Of a stretch of DNA of 64,000 bases, positions 12,707 to 25,200 are shown piece after piece. Below the pieces are notes generated by a model. The model was not told where the DNA came from. It saw only the letters and a list, made by a program, of their open reading frames with translations, and ran no database searches. Source of the stretch: Paragordius varius (Eukaryota; Animalia; Nematomorpha); contig OZ176055.1 of assembly GCA_964247055.1 (NCBI GenBank), positions 1,674,001 through 1,738,000 on the forward strand, read 5' to 3'. Positions within the stretch are counted from its first letter, which is position 1. Each line of letters begins with the position of its first letter. The position numbers and the translations under genes were made by a program.

Positions 12707-14644
12707 CAGTGGTACTCACCAAAAAAATTTGACGGGCCAAATAAAATATATTTTTTTTCGAGGGCCATGAACCTTATAATGGCAAATATTCCATTTTGAC
12801 ACATATGCACATATTTATATAAATCAGCGCAATGCATTTTTTGCGGATCGCATGTAAATCCAGCTAAAAACTCGTTTTGCACCATTTAGTTTAAAAAATT
12901 AAAATATTTTGATACCAACATTTATTGTGATATAAACCAATAATTTTTGACATATTTGGTTTCGCCTCATGACAGACCAATCTTAATAGGTCGTCCATAT
13001 GCTCATCGGTTAAGCGATTTTTGTATGTATTATTGACATAATTCTTTGAATATGCCGTCTAATACAAGTTGAGGGGAAAACAGACTTGAGCACATTTTTT
13101 TCATATTTTCATATTTATTTGGCACATCTTGCCAAAACTTTACATATCTTTATTCTCTATGATTCTCCATGAATAAAGCCTCCAAATTGTTATGATTTTC
13201 AAAATCTACGAATTCTTCACTGAAGTGCGCCTATCACCGAACAAGTTGCTTTATATTGGTTATCTATATGCCATGGATTTTCAACGAGTTTTAAGCAATT
13301 TTTAATATTTCTAAATTCATGAAATATGAATTTCTCATCAGATAAAAATGTTAATGCTTGTCTATTATTAAATTAAACTCCACAGTAAATCCAATTTTTT
13401 TCAAGAATCGTTTTAAATGTTTGAGGATATAGGAGTGTTTTATTAATAAAATCTTGTTTATATATTATTAATTGTTCTTCAAAAGCAAATATTTGATTAG
13501 CAAATTGGGATTATATTTTTATTTCTTGAAAACTTGTATTATAAATACGTTTATAAGTATTGGCGCAAAGGTAGGCTAATAAAACCCATCATTAGTCACT
13601 ATTAATTTCCTCGTCAAACTTTCTCTTATCTTTCATAAGTAATAAAATTTCATGTCTTAAAAAAATCTAAATGCTTTGCTAAGGCTTAGCCATCTCACAG
13701 CGGTGTACAAAAGAATATCATCAAACTCACTGTGGATATCTTTCAGAAGGTTTTTGAATTTATGGCGGTTGAATTCTCTGCCACGGATGTGGTTAAATAT
13801 ATCCAAATAAAAAGTGTAACCATTTATTAGACATCGGTTTCATATTTTTTCCTAAAATATAGCAAATTTATTATGAAGCTAATGTTACAGCTTTTTCCTG
13901 GGATTTATCTGGTATGAATCCTTAATCTTTTTATATTTTTCGTTTATTTTTTCATGATTTACTGGTAATTTGTGAGATGATGGATTGTAAAATGTCTTTC
14001 AATATTGTGTTTTTTTATAATTATGTTGTTCTTAAATAAGGCAGATAACAACATTTTTATTGAAAAGGACAAAGAATTATTCTTCCCATTCTTTTTTAAA
14101 GAATCGATTTTCATGATAATTTACTTTTTTAGCATTGGATGTCATCCTTTGAATTTATGTTTGGATATTATGTAAATTTTTTTAAAAAAATAGAATATAA
14201 TTTGAATTATGCTATAAAAAAACAGGTCGAAATTAAAGATGTTGAAAAATATTTTATGGGAATTAGTTATAAAAAATGATAAGATAGCCATAAAAGAATA
14301 TGTATATGCAAGTTTGGGTGAAAGGCTTGCTTAAATCCAAAAAAGAAATGCAATAAAATTTTTAAAATGAAAGGAAAATAGAATACAGAAACAGAAACGT
14401 GTGCCAAAATTTTAAAATTATTTTAATGTAGGGAAATTTTTTTTATATTGGGTAAAAAATAAAAAATACCAAAATAAAATCTAAAGAAAATAAATTAATA
14501 ATAAAAAAAACGAAAATTTGTTTATGTGTATTTTAAAAATTCATCAATAAAAAACTAATTTAAGTATCAATTATGATCATAGGGCAATTTTAGAGCCCTG
14601 TTAGGGCCGCATGCGGCCCACGGGCCGTTGTTTGAGTATCACTG
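12707..14644 (-). mobile_element. hAT (Buster/Charlie-type) DNA transposon with decayed transposase, 1938 bp
   Basis: TIRs CAGTGGTACTCA / TGAGTATCACTG. Perfect 8-bp TSD GTTTAAAC at 12699-12706 and 14645-14652. gggccgcatgcggcccacgggcc subterminal motif. Minus-strand remnants LLKDIHSEFDDILLYTAVRWLSLSKAFRF (~13670-13750) and KNRLTDEHMDDLLRLV (~12975-13025) resemble Buster/GTF2IRD2-like transposase motifs. Confidence 0.95.
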
Positions 14645-15645
14645 GTTTAAACCTTCGGCTTTCAGATAGGCTATATTTTTTGTTAGATTTCGTTCTTTCG
14701 AGTACTTATTAGACTTTTTCTCTTGAGTTGGTTCTTATAAAAAATCTTTTATTTATACCTAGTGGATATACCTCATTTTTTTAAAATTATTGGTTGTTTT
14801 GTATTTTGAATTTCAGATGGATGTTGTGTAGCCACTTTTAGCAGTATTTACTGTTATGGGGTTGGACCATTTGTATTTACCTAATTTATATTCAATTTAA
14901 TTGTAGAATTTATCTAACTTTATTCTGTAAATTGGTTAATTGACATGTCAATTTGCCACGATTTTGCTTGAAGTCTCTCTTATCGAACTTTACGATTACT
15001 TATTGTTATCTTTGCCATATCTGGCATAATTGAATCGCTTGGGGGATATGCAGAGCTTGTGCAGCCGCCCGGATCTATCACACTGTACATAAGCCCCTTT
15101 TAGATTTTTAATACTTTGGCTCTTAGCTTGTTTAGTATCTTATTTAATGCCTAGAATTTTGTTATTTATGCATGGAATATTACTTGTATTGGCTTGTTCG
15201 TTTGAATATTTAAACATATGTACACGAGGAATGATTGTTATTTTTAAATTAAATATAAATTTAAAAATTAAATTTCGGAAAAATCTTATTGGTGGCCTCA
15301 ATTTTCTTTTTTGTTTTGGCCTTTCCATGCCATTAGGTATCAGAAAATGCAAAAATAATGGGGTGGTACAAAACCTTGTTGAGCAGTGTAATTGGTAAAA
15401 AAGTATCATTTTACGTGAATATACACTTGCATCTTTTAAAACACTGCTGTGATTTATTAAAGTTTTTGATTATGGAATGATTAAAGGTAAAATAAACTAA
15501 ATTAAAATTATACCGAGAGAGCGCAAAATGTAAACGAAATATATTTTTTAAAAAGACAATCATAAAATATTTATTTTATATAACTCATCGTTTTGGGTTG
15601 AAATTAATAAATGGTATAGAGATGTTGTTGATGCACAATCAATTA

Positions 15646-15827
15646 CAGTATGCATTTTAATGGTTGCTTATTTCAAACTATATTAGGGCAATTTGCAATA
15701 CAAGAGTTTATGGAAAAAAAAGAAAGAAAATTAATGTATATTCAACATTTTGTTTTTTTCCATATACTTCTGTGTTGCAAATTACCCTACTATAGTTTGA
15801 AATAAGCAACCATTAAAATGCATACTG
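15646..15827. mobile_element. MITE family B
   Basis: TA-CAGTATGCATTTTAATGG...CCATTAAAATGCATACTG-TA. Confidence 0.92.
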
Positions 15828-15829
15828 TA

Positions 15830-16850
15830 AGTCAGTGCGCGTCAACTTTCATCTCTGTTTAATTATTTTCAACCCAAAATTATGATTTACATTAAATAAA
15901 TATTTTTCGTTTAGATTTTACGCTCTCTCGGTATAATTTTAATTTAGTTTATTTTACCTTTAATCATTCCAAAATCAGTAGCTTTAATAAATCTCAGCAA
16001 TCGTTTTGAAAGATGCAAGTCACGTAAAATAATATTATAGTTTTTCACGTCAATTAATTGGTTGTGTAAAATTTTAATATCCTACTTAAATGCAAAAAGT
16101 AACTTTAAAATTAATACTAATTAATAATTTATAAGTTGACATTAAATTTAATTAAATTAATTTTAAAAGTTAGTTAATTTTATAAAAGAAGTTGGAAGTT
16201 TATAGGTATGGCTATATTAAAAGAAATTAAACAAAAATGCCTTTCATTTTTAATGTAAAGCAGGAATGACAAATGAAACTTCTAAATATTTGTTTCCACT
16301 AACAAAAGTGTTAAAGAACTAATAATCTAACATTTACCACTTTAGGGGAGCAATAAAAAATGATAAGGGGGGTGTCGACAAAAAAAATAATCGACCTAAT
16401 CACTTATTAAAAATACAGGTTTGACGTATTTTGCAGAGCGAGAATTGGAAATTAATGATTCACAATTTTTCAAAACAGCTCATATACAAAACAAATTAGT
16501 TTTTAGGTTATTTTGTCGTTTTGTTGCATTTCGACTATTCTGATTTCTATAATATTCCATTTTTGAGTCTAAAGCAACATTTTCAACGAAACACAACAGT
16601 ATTTCTGGTAAACGCAGCATTTTTTTCTGTTGTCCTTGCGTTGCGTTTGCCTGAATTTTTGATGCGTGTTTATGAAAAAAGGTAGGATTTTATTAAAAAA
16701 TGGCATCCTAAATTATAATTGACATTGTTTACTTTTAAAGTTACCATATATTATCAAAATTAAGCATTGCACACATATAATTCCACATTTCGGATTAAAA
16801 ACCAATCAACGCAAAAATAGAAAGATTTTCACTTTTTAAAAAACGTAAAT
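15830..16850 (+). repeat. Older, diverged direct paralog of 10130-10384 plus 11520-12308
   Basis: Colinear shared blocks (cgctctctcggtataattttaatttagtttattttacctttaatcattcc; ataagttgacattaaatttaatt; aatgcctttcatt..taatgtaaagcaggaatga; gatgcgtgtttatgaaaaaaggt) with many substitutions and without E1. Confidence 0.9.
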
Positions 16851-19220
16851 TTTCTGGAACGGAATCATAATAAATTACCTTTGTAGAATTTATCTGGACA
16901 ATTAATTTCATTTTAGATCTATGTGAACATGGACCTTTTTGTATTGTAGTTTGAGAGTTAGAGTCGTTAAACAAAATCAATACCATAGGGGTGATATTTT
17001 AGATAGGTTTTTGAACAAAGCACTGGTAAATGGGTACGGGATTCGGAAATATTAGATTCGGCTCTAACTAATATTTGATAAAACAAATTTCATAAATACT
17101 TTTTAATACATTTTTAATTTACAGCGAATATAAAATTTAGGATTGCCTAATATATTAGTAAATTTAAACAAAATCGGAAATAAAACCAAATTTTAAAGTC
17201 TAACATACTATAGCGAATAAATGGTGAGTGTCGTTGGTCAGACGAATAATGCAACAGGTAAAAACAAAAAACCGGTAAAAACTTATGACTAGACTTGATA
17301 TAGAAATATATATGTATATACACTGCTTTTATCTAAAAAGTTTATCCCGATAATAGGAAAACGTTTAATTATTGGTTAACATTTCGGCACCTTTTGAAAA
17401 TATTTTTTAACCATCAAAAAATCACTTAGAAATTTAAAATTTACGAAAAATAAAAAATCTAATTATAATATATATATATATATATATATCTTGCTAAAAA
17501 TCCAAAAATTAAAAGAGCACATATGTTTCAATGCACTTATGCATATTAAAACAACTTTAATCAGATTTCACATCTTAAAATAGATTTTGATAAAAATATA
17601 AGAGACAGTACTAGTGTGAGTGATAGACTATATTTTTATTGAGTAAATTGAATAATATTTTGTTTATAAATAAATATTTAAATATATTTTGCAGAGTAAC
17701 GATAAAAAGTCACACCAGTCCAATAATAATAACAAAATAAAAATATTTTATTTTGAAAATAATTATCTACTCTATAAATGTTTTTTTTCTATTAAATTTT
17801 CTGTTGCCACTCGGCAATTGCTTGAAGAACCAAAAAATTAATTACAAATATATTTAAAATTAAAACAAAATACACAGCGCACCAATTATATTATTTTTTT
17901 ACCATGCATCAATCTTTTTCTGGAATTTTATTGAAATAATACAAAAAAAGCACAATATATGCTTCAGAATTCGTATTTTGTGGATACTAAAAGTATTTCT
18001 TTTTTCAATATAAAATCGTATGTTATATAATTTGTCGATGTTTCACATCTATCCTAAATATATAGAAAAATTTGACTGAACAAAAAATAATCAATAATAT
18101 AACCTACCTCGTTACCTTTTAAGTTAGGAGCAAAGTTCCGCTATCTCTCACAAAACAATACAACAATTATACCACAAAAAGTTATATTTAAAGGTAGAGA
18201 ATAAAAGTTATTAGAAGTCTTTTTTTTCCTTTAAGCAATATTTGGATGATTTGTATATAAAGAAAATATTAATATGGAATATTCCTTGTAATGTGAATTG
18301 ATTTTTAGCAAAAATGAGAATTCATAAACGAATGGATAATTGTTTTAAAGGCAGAAAGATTTTTTCCCTTTGTGAAGAGTGTTGTTTTGTTAAAATACCG
18401 AATATAAAGATATGTATCCAAAAAAATGCGAAAAATTAAAAATGAATATGCCAATCAATTTACGTATGGTTTAAAAAATATTTAAAATTGACGTTTTTTT
18501 GAAAAAAATATGTATTTATCATATATTTTTAAATTAAATTTTGTATGGCAAATATTTTTAAAATATCATATGAAACAGTGTTCATAAATTTTGGGATTAT
18601 AAAAAAATTGAAAAAAAAACAATTTTAAATTTGTTATAGTTAATAAAATGCAAAAAGAATATAAGGATTTTAACATGAGATTGCTGGTTGTCTAAAATTC
18701 AATTATTAAATTAGTATCCGTTTTAAGTATAAAACCGTTCTTAACTATTGAATACATACACATGTGCGTATCTATTTTGTTTTTTGGTTCTAGCCAAATC
18801 TGACAAAACAGTTAAATATTTATATGAATTTGTTTCAAGCCTATCTTCACATTACAATTGGATTTTGTATTCTTTATAAATTGCAAAAATTGGAAAAACA
18901 TCTAATAACAGGAACATGCTTCCTACACTTGACAATTATATATAATGTGGTGAGATCAACTTCCATGGATAATTAAAAACTTTGCAAAAGACTGCAAAGC
19001 TAATTGTTTTAACAACCACTCAAATTTTTACCATTGATTTTTCAAATTTAGTATTCTTAGTATCACTCTCTATGGAATCCAATTGTTTATTTGCTAATTC
19101 AATTACATACACATATCTATCAATCAATAAAAAAGCCTTAGATACCTACCTATATTTTAGATTCAATATGTAACCGTCTCCAAAAACTATTTTTATAACT
19201 TCTGTCCTTATGAAGAACCT

Positions 19221-22200
19221 ATGAATATTGGTGGTATTAGCAATAATAATTATCCTTATTCCAATTATCCTTCGACATATTCTCATAATCCAAAAGTTAC
19301 AACTGCTAATAAATATTCTTCAGCATGGTCAGCAAATTTAAGCGTTGATAACGCAAAAACACTCGTTACCCCACCTCACTTGGTCCCAAATGAGTTATCC
19401 GCTAATTATTGTTGGAACCGTTATGACGGTTCTATAAATAGTTATAATTATAATAAAAATAGTTTTTCAGACCCTCGTTGTTTTTCAAGCAATCCTGTTT
19501 CGACAGCTAATTGCAATAATAAAGATAAAAATAAAAATGTGTATAGTGAGGAGAGAAATTGTCCAAATAAATCGCTTTATACAGCATCTGACAACGTTGA
19601 TGCCTTTGGAGAAAAAAATTCTATGGGTCCTAATCTGTTCACCTGGTATTCCTGGATGAATCCCGCAGGTAAAGATTCAGCCTTTCTATATATCGTTATA
19701 TTAGCGATAACTAACTTAACTTTATAACTACGATATTGATATTTTTTCGCTTTTTAGATCTACATTCTATATTTCAAAGAGGAATTATATTTGTTTACAA
19801 ATTAATCATAGACTCCATTTTAAAACTAAGCATCATGCCTAATTTTCATATATCAATAACAAATTACCCTCTTAGTTTTTAGCTAAATTAAATATCGGAA
19901 AGTTTTTCCAAAAAGGGGTTAATCTCCAATTAATTATAAGTTAGTATTTGGAAAATTTAAATCATATTTAAAAAAATGTATGTATGTTACATCATTTAAA
20001 GTGGAAAGATGATGTAAAAATAATGCTTGTAATAATTAGTGCTAATACTTAAGTTATATTGTTAAAAGAATTGCATTAAATCGAATTTTCAACCGATAAA
20101 AAATAATTTATTCTGCTTAGCGAATAATTCCGTATTTGTTTAGTCGTTACATTGAATAAAATAGGATTTAAAGGAGGGCGTCCTTATAATTTAAATTTAT
20201 TTAAAGTCTATAAACCAGTTAAATTAAGCTAGCTCATGGTCAGAAAGCAATGTCAATTAATAAAATACCATTTTTAGGTTATGTAAAAGGGTTATTGGAA
20301 AGAAATATTTTATTTTTGAAATTACCCAAAATAAAAAATCGCATTTTCTTCATTTGGGGAATATAATTGATTATAAAAAACCGGTTAAATTGGTTACTTA
20401 ATAAATTCTAAGGACAAAATATTTCTCATATATCGTACTTGTAAGAGACCATATATTAAAAGATTTTAGCTACAAATTTTAACCAAAAATGTGGTAAAAA
20501 TTGTTAATAATTAATATACTATTTTTAAATTATATCCACATTTAACATTTATAATACTTTAGCTTTAGTGAAATAACTGATTTTTGAATAATGTTCATCC
20601 ATCCTTCTTAACACTTCGATTCAAATTGGGGTATCTAAATACCCCAGACTAAATTTAAATTGATATTTTTAAAAAAATACTAAAGGAAACGGCCCCAATT
20701 TAAATTTATTCTTCTATCCTGATAAAAATTATATAAATATGCCAAAATATCTTGATAAAATTTTGTTTTGAAAAAAAGTTCCACCTCAAACTACTTCGAC
20801 GCCATTTTTATTTTACAAAATTTTTGCAAAATATCGTCTTCATCTAATTTTAAGGGTAAAACTAAAGCTAATTTTTATATAATTAACATCTAACATTGAT
20901 AGAAATAGAAAAAGCGGTTTATTTTGTATAATTTTTTAATTTTACAATTTGACACATGTCACGTTGACGAAATTTTTACCTTTGGGTTTTAGCTTAAAAT
21001 AAGTAATATCAAGTATTTTTAAATAAAATTTTTTATATATTTCGGTTTATTAATGTTATATAAGTGCAAAATTTTGCCATGTAGAATATTTCCATACTTT
21101 TTAAAGTATATATTTTTAAAAAGGCCTGGGGTATCCAACTACCCCAATTTGAATCGAAGGACTAAAGTTAGTGTGTTGTATTCAAGTGTTAATGATTTTA
21201 TATTCAGAGTAATTAATTATATCACGCAAATAAATTAAATATCTTTAAAAGAATGATAACCATTTTAAAACTTGATTTTTTATATTTAACTCATCATTTT
21301 GGGTTTCGATATAAGAATTGAGATGTAAATCGGTAATAAATTTAGATATATTAAAAAATATTCTTGGTATTTGAATGAAAAAGATAACAGTATTCTTTTA
21401 CTACAAGTGAGGGGATCATCACAAGAACCGCGCTTTATAAAAAGGAATGAGTTTTCATTGGGATAAACTTTACTTAATTGGGATAGCTATTTCAGCTTAT
21501 TTGTTTTACGAAGTTACTATACAATGGGCACCAAATTTCATTGAGGACAAATTATATTCTCGATTTCTCTTTCCTAAAATTTAATTTGTGAATCGTTAAG
21601 TTTTTGTATATACTGATTGGTCTAGCAAAAGAATCAATTATCAAAAGTTTGCCGAAAATTGCAAACTAATTTCGCTACGATGTTAATTTTATACTCTTTG
21701 ATTTGATATGAAATTTATTGAAGACAAATACGGCGGTCAAAAATCAATAATACCAAATTCTGTTTCATGCTTGGAAATTTTTCGATGCCATTTCAAACTT
21801 TTAAAACCAATAATTGTATTGGATGTTAAGCTAATTTTTTTATTGTATCTTAATAAAGCATTAACATTCGTCCGCCCAGAACTGACAATGGTGATTTCAA
21901 ATTTTATTTCTGACATATTTATACAGACGCCTTCATTTTATGAAAATTTAAGTGTGATGCATTCTCATACATTTTATTTTATTTACAGTAAAAATTGAAA
22001 TTATAAGGACAAAACGTAAAAATACACAAACAAATATTTTTTTCCAAAAGACAACCCTACTTTTTCGATCTCGATTATTTTTAATATAACTCATTATTTA
22101 AATCGATGTATAAAATACAGATGTAAATAGGAGATATATATTTTATATTTTACAGTGGTAGGTAAATATTTTATGTAAGAAATTTTAAGGTTTAAAAAAG

Positions 22201-25200
22201 TATGATTGTGTGTTGGAATAAAATATTTGTCTTTATATTTTTACTTTTTGTCCGTATAGTTACAGTTTTTACTGTATTTGATGTATAATGTGCGAAAAAA
22301 TGCAATTTCGATACGGCTAAGCAAAGTTTATATACTGATTAAACTTTTGTTTATAAACAATAATATTATTTTTATAATTTAACAAAAGTTATGACATTTC
22401 AATATGGCTCTTAATTTTTAGCGACATGTGTCAATCATTTTGTGCTCATAAATAGCAGGGAATTATTAAAGTGCTTTCATCTAACTAAAAAGATTTTAAA
22501 GCTTATACCCTCTGAAAAACAATAATGCTTTTGGTTTAAAATGGAGCTAATTATTTAATTTTAAGGAATCACTAGTAGAATAATTTTATTCTTTGTTTTA
22601 TCTCCATATTTTATATATATACAATACAAATATTCATCCACATCAAAATTTTTATAAGATTAATGAATGCATATATGTTGAATCTTCATTACCCATATAT
22701 ACTATTTTTCGGTCAAAAGCACACTTTTTCAACCAATCCAACACATTTTCATCCAAACGCAATTTTTTCAAGCAATAACATTTTTTTATCCAAACGGAAT
22801 TATGCTTCGTTTTTTAAAAATAGTGCTCTTGGTATAAAAATAGTATAATATCGTTTAATTAAGTTTATTAGTATTTGCATTTTTTCGCTCATATATCGTT
22901 TGGCTTTCAACATAGCCATTGGTTTAAACCATCAACCGGCACATCAAAATCATGATACTTTAACGAGCCTTATTATGGGACCAGTTTATAAATTATTCCT
23001 AAACAGTAAGTTTTAAACGATTAGAATAAATTAGTAATAGATTTTGAAAAAGCAAATAAATTATATAGCATTTGAAGGATAGAAGCTGATTTTTAACATG
23101 TGTAGCATACATGCATTTATTGGCTGGTAGACTGCGAATGAATTTGCAATAATCAAATCTATTATTACTCAACAGCTAAAAACCAACTAAACTTAGAGAA
23201 TCTTTTCCATATAAAAATACCAAAAAAATAAGTGCCCTTTTACTTGAATATATTATAATCTTCTCGCAATTAGTTTTGTTTAACTGATGTCCATAATATA
23301 TTTTGGATGATTAACTTAACGTAATTTAACAAATAAATATAAATTATACAAAGTATTAACGAAAGAGCAGGAATTTGTGGAAAGGGCATTGCCATACTTT
23401 TGAAAGTAAATTATATCATGACTTTGTTCTTAACTTACTATTTTAATAAATGCTGCTTTCTAAAGCCGTAACAATATGGTCAGGAAAGAAACTTAAATCG
23501 AAGGATGTATGATATGTGGTCAAAATTTTGTTTACTTTTTGTTTAATAAAAGAAAAAGTAACGTTGAAAAACACCAAATTGACAGTTTTTTTGTACAATG
23601 ATGAGAGATTTGAATTGCGATATGATTTATTCATAAAACTATCAAGTTGTTGTTAGTTAGTTGTTTAATAACATCATGTGTCAAACATCAACCATATATA
23701 AAATATGCTTCTTTTTTGTCTTTTTTAGTCTTATTTAGTCTTATATTAGTAAGATAAAAAATTGGTTGTATAAATATTAATGAGATTGATAATAACTAGC
23801 TCGAAAAAAAACTCATTTTAACAACACAGAAAGTGAGAGTGAGACATAGACATACAAAGAATATATTGAAAGACCAAACTGTCAAAAAAGGACAAACACA
23901 CCACAAAAAATACTACTTCAAAGGGAAAATTTTGGTTATATTTAAGCCAGGGCTAGTATATTCATTTTCCCTTTGACATATAGTGGATTTTTTTAGCTTT
24001 ATAATAAAAATTTTTTCTTGGTAAACAGATAGATGAGGCAAACTAGATTGATAGGATTGAATAAATTAGGTTTTGGTTATAATAGTAGTAAGAAAATTAC
24101 AGTAAAAATTATCCTTTGAGTAGATAAAATTGGTTCTAATTTGGTAGGATGTGGTTTTTCATGGCTGGAGTGGAGATTTTTTTCCCTACACTTTTTGGTG
24201 GTGCTATGCTCCTATATTTTTATAATTAGATCTTGTTAATTTTTTGCTTTAAATTCTACAAATCTTTGAAAATGACTGTTTCAAAATATTTTCCCTTTTA
24301 ACATATATTGTAAATTAGAATAAATAAAATATCTTTTAGGTATTTTAATTAAAAGATAAGCATGTTGGAAACACGGTCTAATTATTTTTGACTTGTCTTT
24401 TTTTTGAAGATTTTAGTGGTCATTTTATGTTGAGAGTCCTCCCAAAGGAATTTTAACATTACCATAAATTATCATCATTTTATCATTAAGATTATGATTA
24501 TTGAAAAGGGCATATTAAGAAAAACATTTTCAAAAAATATGGATAATTTTTAAGATAGGGTCAATCACTTAACTCAACGTATAAAATAATTTGATATAAA
24601 AAAATTAATATTAAATATTTTATTTTTCTACCAAAAATCCAAAAAAATATTAATTTTTACATAAGAACAAGTCAATTTTGCTGGAAAACCACAAAAATGT
24701 GTTTTTTAGCTATATAAATATATATATATATATAATGTAGTCTTTTCTGTTTTCAAAAAAAATCGTATTTATATCCTTGCTTAACTTTATTTACTAGAAT
24801 GCATGGCCAAAAATTTGGTATTCTATTCTGGTTTTTATCTATAATATACGTTATTTAAGCAAAAATACCAAACTTTTGAAACATCAAAAGGCTTAAAAAT
24901 GCATAAATTTTCTTTGAGTCTCTCTCTTTCTATCTTTCTGTTTTCTTTGTACTCCTAAAAAGAAACCACAAAACAACACATTTTTTGAATATATAAATAC
25001 GCTGATAAATAAGCATTATATTTTTTTTACATACATATTGAAGGCTAAAATTCCCCTCCTATTCAATTTACACAATTTTAAACATATAATCTAAGGAAAA
25101 TCTTTCTTTTGAAGTTACTTTGGTATTTTTATGTAAAGTCGAAAAAGCGTTAATTTTATGGGCGTAACATGAATAAAAGTACACGAACAAATGAACTTTT

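Larger units (their letters stand above)
12302..15827 (-). repeat. Right arm of the inverted duplication, interrupted by a hAT element
   Basis: 12302-12706 mirrors about 11120-11527; 14645-15827 mirrors 9945-11127. Confidence 0.95.

Noticed and set aside
10364-15409. Duplicated ORF pairs (10364/15140, 10375/15147, 11278/12367) that look like a conserved gene family
   Set aside because: They are chance ORFs inside the inverted-duplication arms, open on both strands, with low-complexity AT-driven composition and no recognisable motifs.
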